This document shows, piece after piece, positions 45,000-55,122 of a stretch of 64,000 nt of DNA. Source of the stretch: Candidatus Fermentibacteraceae bacterium. Lineage in GTDB: Bacteria > Fermentibacterota > Fermentibacteria > Fermentibacterales > JCC-6. Under the pieces are notes generated by a model that was not told the DNA's origin, did no database searches, and saw nothing but the letters and a program-made list of their open reading frames with translations. Position numbers and translations under genes: made by a program. The stretch lies in contig JBGSZS010000004.1 of the NCBI GenBank assembly GCA_041750285.1, positions 224,001-288,000 on the forward strand. The letters run 5' to 3'. Position 1 is the first letter of the stretch; every line of letters begins with the position of its first letter.

Positions 45000-46230
45000 A
45001 GGAACCCCCGTCGATGCTGGCCTCGTAACCCTCGGCCCTTACGACCGCGAGGGCTGCGCATGAACTGAAGCCCTCACCGGTTTCGATCAGCGCTTTACCG
45101 GGGTCGAGGACGACCCTGACCGCCCTTACGCCGGCAAGTTTTCGAAGGGCTTCCTCGACATGTCGCACGCAGTTGCCGCAGGTCATCCCGGTGACCTTCA
45201 TTACGACCGTTTCGTTCCCGGTACCGGCAGTCATGGTCTTGATCCGTCCCTTCAGCCCCTTCAGGGCGTGAAACCCGAGAGCAACGAAGAACACACCGGC
45301 TGCGATGTTCTTCCAAAGTGGAACACCGCCAGCATGGTGTTCCCCTGAAACCCTTACGCCGGGGATGGAAACGCTGTTGAGCAGAAGCCCCGCCGCAAGG
45401 CTCACGACGACCAGTGTCAAAAGATAGCTTAGAAAGGCGTTCCTTCCCAGTGCCTTCCTGACGGCTCCCATGGTGGCGGCATTGGTCGCGGGACCAGCCA
45501 TCAGGAAAACGAGCGCCGCGCCCACGGGAAACCCGGCGTACACCATCGCGGCCGCAACGGGCACCGAAGAGACTGAACAGACATAAAGGGGAATACCCAC
45601 CGCAAGGGCTGCCAGAAGCCCGAGGGGGCCGTTCAGGACCGGCTGGTCCGCGAGGCTTCCCGGAGGGACGAAGGTGAAGATCAGGGCACTCACCGCAACA
45701 CCCGCGAGCAGGAATGCCCAGATGTCCCCCAGTATGGTTCCGAACGAGTACCTGAAGGCACGCATCAGCGCGGGGCCCTTCTCGGTCGGAACGCATGCCG
45801 GCCGGAACACCTGTTCAGCCGAGTCATCGCGGGAGTGGTCCACCAGCGTGCCGCTCACGACTCCCGCAACCAGGGCGGCGATCATCTTCGCAAGGGCCAC
45901 CGGCCAGCCCAGCATGCCCCAGGTGGCGGCAATGGAGTCCACCCCTGTCTGTGGTGTGCTGGCGAGGAATGAAACGGTCGCCCCCCGGCTCGCCCCGTCT
46001 TTCCTGAGTGCCAGCGCAGCGGGAAGAACGCCGCAGGAGCACAGAGGCAGGGGAACGCCAAGAGCAGCGGCCTTGAACGTGCTTGCAAGGCCCGGTCTGC
46101 CAAGGTGGCGCGAAATCGCTTCCCTTTTTATGAGAACATGAAGAACACCCGCCACGAGAAGCCCGAGAAACAGCGAGGGGGACAGTTCGACCGCGGTCGA
46201 CCACATGGAATGCAGGAAAGTGGTGAGCAT
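44983..46230 (-). CDS. DUF318/SO_0444-type metal efflux permease with C-terminal HMA domain
   Basis: GVPLPLCSCGVLP, TPQTGVDS, PLYVCS...VP, FLMAGPATN; HMA GMTCGNC. Confidence 0.88.
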   Translation of the reverse strand: MLTTFLHSMWSTAVELSPSLFLGLLVAGVLHVLIKREAISRHLGRPGLASTFKAAALGVPLPLCSCGVLPAALALRKDGASRGATVSFLASTPQTGVDSIAATWGMLGWPVALAKMIAALVAGVVSGTLVDHSRDDSAEQVFRPACVPTEKGPALMRAFRYSFGTILGDIWAFLLAGVAVSALIFTFVPPGSLADQPVLNGPLGLLAALAVGIPLYVCSVSSVPVAAAMVYAGFPVGAALVFLMAGPATNAATMGAVRKALGRNAFLSYLLTLVVVSLAAGLLLNSVSIPGVRVSGEHHAGGVPLWKNIAAGVFFVALGFHALKGLKGRIKTMTAGTGNETVVMKVTGMTCGNCVRHVEEALRKLAGVRAVRVVLDPGKALIETGEGFSSCAALAVVRAEGYEASIDGGSCGCDS

Positions 46231-46241
46231 TTTTACATCCT

Positions 46242-46265
46242 ATTCTTGAGCAAACGTTCAAATGT
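46242..46265 (-). promoter_or_regulatory. SmtB/CzrA-type operator
   Basis: Imperfect palindrome ACATTTGAACGTTTGCTCAAGAAT (- strand) just upstream of the permease start and downstream of TTGCAC-N16-TATATT (46266-46293). Confidence 0.7.
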
Positions 46266-46296
46266 AATATAGGAAAACCGGTGAAAAGTGCAAGCC

Positions 46297-47262
46297 TCAG
46301 AATCCGAGAAGGGATTCCAGGGCGGGCAGCTCTGAGAACTGGCTTGCGGCGAACACGCCGTAAAAAGCCAGCAGCCCGACCGCCTCGATCCTGTTCAGCT
46401 TGAGGCCGCTTGTGACGAAAAGCTGGATGACAACGGCGGCAAGTATCAGAAAAGGCATGGCGAACCTGCTGAGCGCGGGGGCCACAGGTATGGGCGCGAT
46501 CAGGCAGCAGATGCCCAGGACGACAAGCTGGGTGAAGATGTTTGAGGCGTAGACCTCTCCGATTGTTACGTCAGCCTTGCGCTTCACTGTTGCTGAAAGG
46601 CTTATTGCGAGTTCGGGCAGGCTGGTGCCGAAGGCGAACACCACCACGCCCAGGGCGACTGCGGGAATTCCGGCGGCCTCACCCAGCCGGGTCCCCGAAT
46701 CAAGGGCGACCTTGGAACCACCGATCACGGCGGCTATCCCCAGGACTATCAGCGCGCCGGAACGAACGACCACACGCGCGCCGCCACGGTCAGCCCTGTC
46801 AACATGGTCCACACCCTCCCCCGCCGAGCGGAGAACGCTGATCATGTAAGGCACATAGGTCAGAATGAGTATGAGACCGTCGGAGCGGCTGAGTACACCG
46901 TCCATCGAAAGTGAAAGCACAAGGGCTGAGCAAAGGATCATCCAGCTCGATTCACGGGTCTGCACCTCCCTGCGGATCTCGATGGGCCTTATCAGCGCGC
47001 AGACGGCGGTCACGAAAGTAAGGGTGACGAAGTTCGAACCGATGACGTTGCCCAGCGAGATGTCGCCCGCCCCCCGGGCTATGGCGAAGGCGGAGACCGT
47101 GAGTTCGGGAAGGCTCGAAAGCACGCTCACGCCAAGCACGGTGACGACAAGTTCCTTGACGCCGAGTTGACGCGCGAGGGGTCCGATGCTTCGGATTATC
47201 AGCTCCGAACCGCCCCAGAGAACACCGATCCCGAGTACAAGCAGAAGGATGGGACCCGACAC
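46297..47262 (-). CDS. Ca2+/Na+ antiporter (CaCA, YrbG-like)
   Basis: Two alpha repeats SSLPEL...GNVIGSN and GTSLPEL...ASNIF; about 10 TMs. Confidence 0.88.
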   Translation of the reverse strand: MSGPILLLVLGIGVLWGGSELIIRSIGPLARQLGVKELVVTVLGVSVLSSLPELTVSAFAIARGAGDISLGNVIGSNFVTLTFVTAVCALIRPIEIRREVQTRESSWMILCSALVLSLSMDGVLSRSDGLILILTYVPYMISVLRSAGEGVDHVDRADRGGARVVVRSGALIVLGIAAVIGGSKVALDSGTRLGEAAGIPAVALGVVVFAFGTSLPELAISLSATVKRKADVTIGEVYASNIFTQLVVLGICCLIAPIPVAPALSRFAMPFLILAAVVIQLFVTSGLKLNRIEAVGLLAFYGVFAASQFSELPALESLLGF

Positions 47263-47672
47263 TATCGTGATCCTCCCGGTGTCACCGTTATGGTTGCGGT
47301 GTACTCGCCGAACCCCTCCATCGAGTAGACCCTGACCTGGTATTCTCCCGGACCTGCGATGGTGTATGAGAGCGAGGTCTCTTCCGAGTACTCCTGGTCC
47401 CACTCGGCAAGGGGCGCGCCGGTCGATGTCTCGACCAGTTTCAAAAGGACCGGGAATTCCGCCGACACGATTTCGACGTTCACCCTGTCCCATCTTTCTC
47501 CGTGAAACGTGTGAACGGCGTAGTGGAAATTCATGTGGTTCGCATCGACCGGACTCCCGGCCGTCAGGACCCCGGCCGCCTCGGTCGTCACAGGCGCGGG
47601 TTCACTCTGTCCACAGGCGACCATGGCGATGAACAGCATCACGATTGCAGCAACCTTGGTCTCAGTTCTCAT
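47262..47672 (-). CDS. Lipoprotein with PPC-like domain
   Basis: SD AGGAGGT; lipobox MVAC; GEYQVRV...GEYTATITV. Confidence 0.65.
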   Translation of the reverse strand: MRTETKVAAIVMLFIAMVACGQSEPAPVTTEAAGVLTAGSPVDANHMNFHYAVHTFHGERWDRVNVEIVSAEFPVLLKLVETSTGAPLAEWDQEYSEETSLSYTIAGPGEYQVRVYSMEGFGEYTATITVTPGGSR

Positions 47673-47745
47673 CCGACACCTCCTGCCAAAATGGTTTCCA
47701 TGCCGAAGGTTCCACCCGGGGAAAAAGAGTCCGGTTGAGGGGTCC

Positions 47746-49359
47746 TCAGCCAATCCTGTCCAGCAGACGCTGAAGCACGGCGAGGAAAGGATCATCATCC
47801 GGACGTTGCCTCACTTCGGTGTAGTCATCGATTACCGATTCACCCCGGAGCCTGTCCTTCATCCTCGAGGCGGCGGAGCCTTCTATGATCCTGAGGAGGA
47901 TGGCTTTCAGCCTCTGTGCCGATCCAGGGTCCAGTCCTCCCGTCTGCATCAGCCTGAACAGCCCGGCACCTTCGATAAGGGCTTCATAGGCCTGAATGCC
48001 CTTGATCCTGGATTCCTCCGTCATGAAGTTCCTGCCAATGCCCGGCATCTCATCGCAGGAACAGCTCGAAAGCCTTTCCAGCGCGTCCTTCGTGAATGCG
48101 ATGACCTCGTCCGACAAGGGTCCGGTGTCGACCGGAGTGTGAACGGCGGTCGACCGGCCCGCATGTTTCCAGGCGTTGCGGACAAGGGCGTACAGGTTGT
48201 CGTAGAGCATCCATCCCGGAAAGATCTGGTTGTAGCCCTCGGGAACTCCGTGTGGACGCAGGATCGGCTGGGCGATGAGGGAGAACGGAAAAGAAACCTT
48301 CTGGGGCAGGGCTGTCAGTCCGGTGGCCAGGATCGAATGCGGGCTGCGAGTGTAATCGGCCGGAAACTTGATGCTCGTGCCCAGCCCGATGAAGAAACCC
48401 TCACCAAGTCGAAGCTCCTGGTCGGGAAGGCGCGAGGTGTGATTGCTGCCCGCGTTGGCGCCGTAACCGACGTTGCCTTTGCCCGAGGGCCACAGTGTTG
48501 CGATAAGCAGCGACTGATGGTGCATCCCGGTCAGGGGGCCGGTCAGGGAAGCGGTCATCTCGCCTTCGCCCAGAACGCTGTCGGCACCGAGAAAGGACCT
48601 GTCGAGCATTCCGTGTCTTTCGACGACGGAGCCCTCGCCGACGATGGAGTCGGTCACGAGGGCCATGGTGTCCGCACGCGCCCGCCACTGCAGAACGCTT
48701 CCGTGGAGCTGGGCCTGGTTCATGACCATGCCGTCGGGCATGACCAGGCTTCCCCTCACGGGTCCGGGGCAGGACAGCACCGCCCCCCGCATCAGAATGG
48801 AATCTTCCACGAGTGATGCGTTGGTGACGGTCGCACGGGGACCGATGACCCCGCAGACCTCCAGGGACTTCATCCTGCGGGAAATGTCCCCCACTTCATG
48901 TCTTCCCTCACCGGAAGCGAGATGGAAGGCCACGCAGTGGTCCATGGTCGGGACAATGGGCACCCTTCTGAAGCCGGTTTCCTCGCCCAGATCCATTTCG
49001 GAGAACAGAAAGGCGGGCTTCCCGCCCCAGGTAAGGACCCCGCAGTTCTCGAGCACAGAGCCTTCCAGGATCGCATAGCCCCTTATCAGGGAGCACGACC
49101 TGATCTCGACTGGACCATTGATGGTGCAGTCCTCGAGAACTGCGCCGAAGATCTCCCCTTCCGGCAGGTGCACCCGGCAATCCCCCCTGAAAACGGTGCC
49201 GGTGATCAGGGAAGGGTCCGTGCCGCCGGTGAACAAAACCCTTTCCCAGTCCGGGGACGAACAGCCTGAATCCAAAAGGCGTTTCCTTGTTTCAGGGTCT
49301 GCCGGCGAGCAGTCGAAAACGGGAACAGAACCGAAAAAACCCGCTGGTTCGTGAAGCAT
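47746..49359 (-). CDS. DUF4954 family protein (left-handed beta-helix)
   Basis: GCSSPDWERV, HHQSLLIA, NVGYGANAGSNHTSR.PDQE, FFIGLG, PFSLI, PGWML. Confidence 0.75.
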   Translation of the reverse strand: MLHEPAGFFGSVPVFDCSPADPETRKRLLDSGCSSPDWERVLFTGGTDPSLITGTVFRGDCRVHLPEGEIFGAVLEDCTINGPVEIRSCSLIRGYAILEGSVLENCGVLTWGGKPAFLFSEMDLGEETGFRRVPIVPTMDHCVAFHLASGEGRHEVGDISRRMKSLEVCGVIGPRATVTNASLVEDSILMRGAVLSCPGPVRGSLVMPDGMVMNQAQLHGSVLQWRARADTMALVTDSIVGEGSVVERHGMLDRSFLGADSVLGEGEMTASLTGPLTGMHHQSLLIATLWPSGKGNVGYGANAGSNHTSRLPDQELRLGEGFFIGLGTSIKFPADYTRSPHSILATGLTALPQKVSFPFSLIAQPILRPHGVPEGYNQIFPGWMLYDNLYALVRNAWKHAGRSTAVHTPVDTGPLSDEVIAFTKDALERLSSCSCDEMPGIGRNFMTEESRIKGIQAYEALIEGAGLFRLMQTGGLDPGSAQRLKAILLRIIEGSAASRMKDRLRGESVIDDYTEVRQRPDDDPFLAVLQRLLDRIG

Positions 49360-49361
49360 CT

Positions 49362-50765
49362 TCAGGCAAGGCTTTCAAGAAGGTTCACGAGCATTTCCAT
49401 GAAGGCCCGAACTGATGCTACGCTTACCCTTTCACCGGGAATGTGCACATCCCTGATGTCAGGACCCATGCTTATCATGTCCATTCCACCCACCCTCCTG
49501 CCGATAATGCCGCACTCCAGCCCGGCATGTATCGCCAGAACCTCGGGGTCGGCGCCGTAATACTGCCTGCACGCCTTCCTGGCTTGGGCCAGCAGCAGCG
49601 AATCAGGGTCGGGCGTCCAACCCGGGTAGCCTTCGCCGGCAGCATGAGCGCAACCCGAGAGCCTGGCGATGGAGACGATCCTTTCGACCAGGGCGTCACG
49701 TGACGAATCGATGGAACTCCTGACGCTGAGGGTCACCTCGGCCGCTCGTTCATCGGTCTCCGCGACAGCGAGGTTGCACGACGTCTGGACAAGTCCGGGG
49801 ATCGTTCCGCTCATGGCAGCAACACCGTGAGGAAGGGCGAGAAGAAGGTCGAGAAGCCCGGTGGAACAACCAACGGTCAGGACCGAACGCGGGGAAGATG
49901 GTGTGGCGGCAATGACAATGCCGGTTTCGATGCCGGCGAACTCGCGTTTTATCTCATCGCCGGCCTGCGCCAGATCCTTGCGTGAAACCTCGCCCGCCAC
50001 AAGGACCCGTGCATCTCTCGGGATAGCGTTGTGCTTCGAGCCTCCTGAAAACCCGGCAACCCTGAGCCCCAGTTGCCGGCAGACCCTGGCGGCGACGCTT
50101 ATGGCGTTGGCCCTGCCCCGGTTGATCTCCATTCCCGAGTGCCCTCCCGAAAGCCCCCTGACGGTCAGTGCGGAGACCGGAACAACTCCGGGTTCCCAAT
50201 CGAGGGCCTTGGTGATGACCACGTCCCGTCCTCCGGCACAACCTATGCAAATGTTGTTCTCCTCCTCGGAGTCGAGGTTTATGAGCCTTCTGTGGACAAG
50301 CCAGTCCGGAGGGAACACCCTTGCGCCCAGCAAACCCCTTTCCTCGTCAACCGTGAACAGGCATTCCAGGGGGGGAAGGGTTGTCAGGGGAGATTCCAGC
50401 ATGGCCAGCATTATCGCAACGCCCATCCCGTTGTCGGCCCCAAGGGTCGTTCCGGTGGCGGTCACCCAGCCGTCCCGCAGTTCGGCGGTAACGCCGTCGA
50501 CAGCGGGGTCTGTCGGGCAGTCGGGAAGCCGGTCCGCCACCATGTCGGTGTGGGCCTGAAGCACGACCCCGTTTCCCCGGCCCGGCCTCCGAACCAGAAC
50601 GTTGTTCACCCCGTCGCGCTTCCACTCGAGCCCGAGAGCCTGGGCGACTCCAACGATGTAGTCGGCCGCGGCTCCCTCAGAACCGCTTGGCCTGGGAATG
50701 GCAAGAAGGGCACCGAAATGCCTCCATACCGATGCCGGCTCAAGCCCGGTGAGTGTGCCTGTCAT
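49362..50765 (-). CDS. pepD: Aminoacyl-histidine (beta-Ala-His) dipeptidase, M20
   Basis: IPRPS, LQAHTDMV, GTTLGADNG, TVDEE, NLDSE, GGHSG, NAIPR, YPGW, IHAGLECG, HIPGE. Confidence 0.92.
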   Translation of the reverse strand: MTGTLTGLEPASVWRHFGALLAIPRPSGSEGAAADYIVGVAQALGLEWKRDGVNNVLVRRPGRGNGVVLQAHTDMVADRLPDCPTDPAVDGVTAELRDGWVTATGTTLGADNGMGVAIMLAMLESPLTTLPPLECLFTVDEERGLLGARVFPPDWLVHRRLINLDSEEENNICIGCAGGRDVVITKALDWEPGVVPVSALTVRGLSGGHSGMEINRGRANAISVAARVCRQLGLRVAGFSGGSKHNAIPRDARVLVAGEVSRKDLAQAGDEIKREFAGIETGIVIAATPSSPRSVLTVGCSTGLLDLLLALPHGVAAMSGTIPGLVQTSCNLAVAETDERAAEVTLSVRSSIDSSRDALVERIVSIARLSGCAHAAGEGYPGWTPDPDSLLLAQARKACRQYYGADPEVLAIHAGLECGIIGRRVGGMDMISMGPDIRDVHIPGERVSVASVRAFMEMLVNLLESLA

Positions 50766-51451
50766 AACGACTCCCCCCTGGTCATGCGAAGAAAATAGCC
50801 AAGAAACAGAGCTCCCGCATCCCTTTCCGGGGCGGAGGCGAGAACGCGATCGATATCGATCCCGTGTTTCACGAACAGATCGCGGTCGAGAAGGAACTGC
50901 GCGTTCCCTGTTCGTGCGGAGAACTCGGGGTGAAACTGGGTACCCAGAATGCGCCTTTCCCGGTCGAGGAACGCCTGGATCCCCGAAACCGGGCTTCGCG
51001 CAAGCAGCACGGCCCCCTTGGGAGTGGCGGTGACTTCGTCGTAGTGGGACTGCCAGACGATTTCACTGTCCCTGGTTCCGGGCAGCCCCGGGGGAATGAT
51101 CTCGACGGGCAGCCACCCGATCTCGGGGCCGCGGGGGGCCCTTCCGACAGACCGTGTGCCCATCAGAGAAAGGCATATCAGTTGATGGCCGTAGCAGATA
51201 CCCAACTGGGGAATCCCTGCGCCCACGCAACGCTCGACAAGGCGGCAGGCTTGCCCGGTGAAACTCTGCTCGACGGTTATGGACAGGGCGCTTCCGGTGT
51301 GGATGACCCCGGAGTACGCGGTCGGATCCACTTCGGGGAAGGGAGTTGAAGGGGTTACCCTGGCGACCGGCGAGGGGAAGCCAAGCCTTTCGCCGATTGT
51401 GGCGCCGGACAGACCGTCCACGGAATAATCCACGATGAGAACCGGTTTCAA
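50762..51451 (-). CDS. Class I glutamine amidotransferase-like protein
   Basis: LGICYGHQ nucleophile elbow, SHYDEV, QFHPE; TTG start after GGAG. Confidence 0.85.
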   Translation of the reverse strand: MKPVLIVDYSVDGLSGATIGERLGFPSPVARVTPSTPFPEVDPTAYSGVIHTGSALSITVEQSFTGQACRLVERCVGAGIPQLGICYGHQLICLSLMGTRSVGRAPRGPEIGWLPVEIIPPGLPGTRDSEIVWQSHYDEVTATPKGAVLLARSPVSGIQAFLDRERRILGTQFHPEFSARTGNAQFLLDRDLFVKHGIDIDRVLASAPERDAGALFLGYFLRMTRGESL

Positions 51452-51512
51452 GGCAACTCCCGTCTGTGATGGGCTTAACATACAACGCGGACACCGGGCT
51501 ATAATAGCGATC

Positions 51513-52505
51513 ATGAAAAGCATCCTGTCACGTTTTTTAAGAAGGACCCACAGGTTTCCGGGAATCGCCCTCCGGGACAGACGCCGTCATCTGGTTGTCC
51601 GGATGGACACGACCAACCACTGCAATCTCAGGTGCTCCATGTGCCCGATGCGCTTCGCCGACACCGATCCCGACCGGAAGTGGCTCCACATGGATGAGGG
51701 ACTCTTCGAGAAGATCAGGCTTCAGGTGTTCCCCCTCGCCTCGATGGTCAGCATTTCGTGCGGCGCCGAACCTTTCTGCAATCCCCGCATTGGCGCTCAC
51801 CTCAGGGCGCTTTGCGAGTCGGGAGTTCCCGCCAGGGAGATGGTGACAAACGGAACCCTGCTCGACCGCGACAGGATCGCCCTTCTGGTGAAGTACCCAC
51901 CGACTACGCTGTTCGTATCCATAGACGGGGCCAGGCCCGGGACCCACGCTGCGATCCGGGGAGGAGCCGACCTTGAAAGGATAGTCGGGAACCTTGAAAC
52001 CCTGATCGCGGTCAGGGGGAAAAGACGGTTCCCGATGCTCGCATTCAGCACTACCCTCCAGAGGGACAACCTTGCCGAGATACCCGACCTCGTGGAACTG
52101 GCCGCCCGGGTCGGTGCGCGCACGCTGGGGCTGGTTCCACTGGTGCCCTACAAGGGGCTCGCCACGCTCGACAGCGTTGTCGATCCCGGATCAGGGCCGG
52201 TTATGGCCATCCTGGAAGAAGCCGGGATCAGGGCGAAAAGGCTCGGGATCTCCCTTGAGATGTCCTGCGGAGATGTCAGGGAACCGGCGGCGCAGTGCCC
52301 CTATCTTGCCTCAACGGTGTATCTGGCCCCCGACGGCGCTGTTTTCCCGTGCCCGTACTGGAACACGGGAAACCCGATAGGCGACCTCACGAAGGAGGAC
52401 TTCGGCCCGGTATGGAAGCGCAGGTTCGACGCCTTGACGGAAAGCACGTGCAGGGACTGTCCCGAGGTCAATTCGCGGCGCAGGGAGATCACCAAGGACC
52501 ATTGA
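51513..52505 (+). CDS. Radical SAM protein with SPASM/twitch domain
   Basis: CNLRCSMC, AEP, TNGTLL, SIDG; C-terminal CPY...DG.VFPC...IGDL...CRDC. Confidence 0.85.
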   Translation: MKSILSRFLRRTHRFPGIALRDRRRHLVVRMDTTNHCNLRCSMCPMRFADTDPDRKWLHMDEGLFEKIRLQVFPLASMVSISCGAEPFCNPRIGAHLRALCESGVPAREMVTNGTLLDRDRIALLVKYPPTTLFVSIDGARPGTHAAIRGGADLERIVGNLETLIAVRGKRRFPMLAFSTTLQRDNLAEIPDLVELAARVGARTLGLVPLVPYKGLATLDSVVDPGSGPVMAILEEAGIRAKRLGISLEMSCGDVREPAAQCPYLASTVYLAPDGAVFPCPYWNTGNPIGDLTKEDFGPVWKRRFDALTESTCRDCPEVNSRRREITKDH

Positions 52506-52513
52506 CGGGGTGT

Positions 52514-53023
52514 TCAGGGAAACGAAGTCATCCCCATGAAACTCTCGGCCAGCCACATATCGTCCTCCCGGACGAAAACCGCCTGCTGTGCCATCATGGT
52601 TCCCGCCATGTTCTCGAACATGAGGAATACATCGGCCCGTCTTCCCTGGACACTGATGGAATCCACAGTCATGGTGAACGGCGTGTACCTTCCATACATG
52701 ATGGGAAGCTCGAGGGTCGCGGTGAGGTATTCGACAGTGCTCCAGCCTCTTATGTCTCCCGCTTCCGCCTGGTAACCCGCGGTCTCAAGCCTCAGCAGGA
52801 CCGATTCGTCGTTTCGCCTGATGCCTTCGCGGATCGACTGGAACGTGAGATCGACCTGATTCATGGCTGCTTCGGAGTAAAGGGCTGCGGCGTCTTCTCC
52901 CCTGGCTTCCCGCAGGGCGGCGAAAAATGACTCGACCGCCGTCTGAACGGCCAGTTCCTCCTCGGATTGCCCGAACACCGCAGAGAAAGATGTAAGAAGC
53001 ACGAACAACAGTACCGCCTTCAA
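52514..53023 (-). CDS. Hypothetical secreted protein (NTF2-like)
   Basis: Signal peptide; AVESFFAAL..., FVREDDMW pattern. Confidence 0.6.
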   Translation of the reverse strand: MKAVLLFVLLTSFSAVFGQSEEELAVQTAVESFFAALREARGEDAAALYSEAAMNQVDLTFQSIREGIRRNDESVLLRLETAGYQAEAGDIRGWSTVEYLTATLELPIMYGRYTPFTMTVDSISVQGRRADVFLMFENMAGTMMAQQAVFVREDDMWLAESFMGMTSFP

Positions 53024-53092
53024 GGGGCACCCCCTCACCGGGTTGCTTCTTTCTTTCCGGATAATAGGCGGTGGAAGGGATCGAGGCAACCC

Positions 53093-54316
53093 CTACCCAC
53101 CCGTGTTTTCACCCCATACGGCAATGGTATTGAGAAGAATCTCCAGCGATTTTTCAAGCCCTTGTACCGCAAGCCACTCCCTGCGTGAGTGGAACAAGCC
53201 GCCGCCCGTGGGAAGGTTGACCGTGGGCACCCCCATGAAACTGAGCCTCGACCCGTCCGTGCCTCCCCTGATGCTGGTTTCGTCCGGGATCAGACCCGCC
53301 CTCTCCGTTCCCAGCATGGCGTAGTCGACAAGTCTTCTGTCGGCCCTTAGCGTTTCCCGGGGGTTCGAGTACTGGTTCTTTATCGAAAGCTCGATGACGG
53401 CCCTCTCATGCTTCTCCGAAAGAAAACGGTGCAGCGAGTGCATCCTGTGAACCCTTGCCGAAAGCCCTTCGGCTGTGAAATCCCTGATTATCATCTGCAC
53501 GTCTGCGCCCCCGGTATCCCCCGAGATCTCCATCGGGTACTCGAAACCCTCCTCCCCCGAGCTGTTCTCGGGCATCTCTTCCGGTTTGAGCATCGAGACG
53601 AGCTCGGCCGCAATCCTCACGGGATTCACCAGCCTGCCGCAGGCGCTGCCCGGGTGAACCTCGATCCCGGTTATCCTCCAGTCGGCCCTGCAGGCGTTGA
53701 AGGTCGCGCTGTCGACCGAACCCGGCTGCTCGCCGTCAATCGTGTAGGCGAAGTCGGCGCCGAACCTTTCGGTGCTGAAATTGTCCATTCCGCGGCCAAC
53801 CTCTTCGTCGGCCGTGAAGGCCACCGAAATCCGGGGTCTTTTCATCTGCGGGTTCTCCATCATCCGGCGGACGGCCTCCATGATTATGGCGATTCCCGCC
53901 TTGTCGTCGGCGCCAAGCAGGGTGGTTCCATCTGAGGTGATGATGGTCCCGCCCTTGTACTGCTCGATCCGGGGGCACTCGCGGGGGTCGAGGACCACCC
54001 CCCCGGCAATGCGGATAGGCGAGCCGTCCCAGTCGCCGTGCAGCACCGGCCTGACCCCGTGGCCCGAAACGGCGGGAGCGGTGTCGACATGTGCCATGAG
54101 CCCAATGGTTACGTCCCCCATACCTCCCGGCAGGGAACCGTACACAACTCCTTCCCCCTCGGCGTGAACCACCATGAGCCCCATCTCGACAAGCTCGTCC
54201 CGAAGCAGTGCGAGAAGATCGTTCTGCCCCGGCGTGGATGGAACCGAAAAACTCGAGGGATCGCTCCGGGTGTCGATCTCGGCGTATCTGAGGAAACGGC
54301 GGACCAGGTCGTTCAT
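53093..54316 (-). CDS. pepT: Peptidase T (tripeptide aminopeptidase)
   Basis: RFLRY..IDT.S, PSTPGQ, AHVDT, DGTTLLGADDKAG, DEEVG, HPG, IRGGTDG, FHS..E. Confidence 0.93.
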   Translation of the reverse strand: MNDLVRRFLRYAEIDTRSDPSSFSVPSTPGQNDLLALLRDELVEMGLMVVHAEGEGVVYGSLPGGMGDVTIGLMAHVDTAPAVSGHGVRPVLHGDWDGSPIRIAGGVVLDPRECPRIEQYKGGTIITSDGTTLLGADDKAGIAIIMEAVRRMMENPQMKRPRISVAFTADEEVGRGMDNFSTERFGADFAYTIDGEQPGSVDSATFNACRADWRITGIEVHPGSACGRLVNPVRIAAELVSMLKPEEMPENSSGEEGFEYPMEISGDTGGADVQMIIRDFTAEGLSARVHRMHSLHRFLSEKHERAVIELSIKNQYSNPRETLRADRRLVDYAMLGTERAGLIPDETSIRGGTDGSRLSFMGVPTVNLPTGGGLFHSRREWLAVQGLEKSLEILLNTIAVWGENTGG

Positions 54317-54393
54317 CACTGCCCTCCCATTGATCGCAATTCGTTCCAGACCGTGCAATCACTATAATACGACCTGCGCAACGGGAGAGAAAA

Positions 54394-55122
54394 ATGAAGA
54401 CCTTCCTCACACTGACGGACACGGCCAAGTGCCTCGGGATGAGCCTGCAGGAGGCCTCCCGTGAGATCGGCAGGGCCGGCCTTGAAACCGTGCAGTTCCA
54501 GGGCCGGAAATGCTACCTCAGGTCCGACATACTGGACTGGCTCACACGTGAGTTCGGAAGCCTCGCCGCCGACCGTCTGGCCCTGGCCGAGCAGTCAAAC
54601 GCCGAAACAGCAGGCATCGACTCAAGGGCCCTGCTGATGACTGAAATGCTATCAGGGAACATCGTGGTGCCTGAGAGGGTCGGCACAAGGAGCAGCATGC
54701 TCAGGCTCATGGCCTCCGAGGCATGCGGAACCGGCGCCCTGTATGACGAATCGGCGCTGCTCGAGCAGATCATCCTGCGCGAGGAAGCCGCATCGACGGC
54801 GCTCAGGTGCGGCGCGGCGCTGGTGCACCCGCTCGATGTCCGGAAGCTCTTCGTCGAACACAGCCTTCTGATGCTCTTCCGGCCGCCTCATCCGCTGCCG
54901 TTCGGGGAGGAGACGGGAAGGCTGACCTCGCTTTTCTTCCTCCTCGTATTCCCTTCAGCGAACGAGCACCTTCACATGCTTGCCAGGCTGAACAGGATGC
55001 TCAGGCTGCCGGGTTTCGTTGACAACCTCCTTTCCGCCGGAGGGCCGGCGGAAATGCTTGACATAGTTAAGGAACGCGAGCGGGAGCTTCGCGAACCATT
55101 GAGGAAGGGGGATTCCCGTTGA
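54394..55122 (+). CDS. HTH/excisionase-like domain fused to PTS EIIA domain
   Basis: LTLTDTAKCLGMS N-terminal HTH; REEAASTAL..GAALVHP EIIA His; HLHMLARL; TATAAT at 54363. Confidence 0.75.
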   Translation: MKTFLTLTDTAKCLGMSLQEASREIGRAGLETVQFQGRKCYLRSDILDWLTREFGSLAADRLALAEQSNAETAGIDSRALLMTEMLSGNIVVPERVGTRSSMLRLMASEACGTGALYDESALLEQIILREEAASTALRCGAALVHPLDVRKLFVEHSLLMLFRPPHPLPFGEETGRLTSLFFLLVFPSANEHLHMLARLNRMLRLPGFVDNLLSAGGPAEMLDIVKERERELREPLRKGDSR

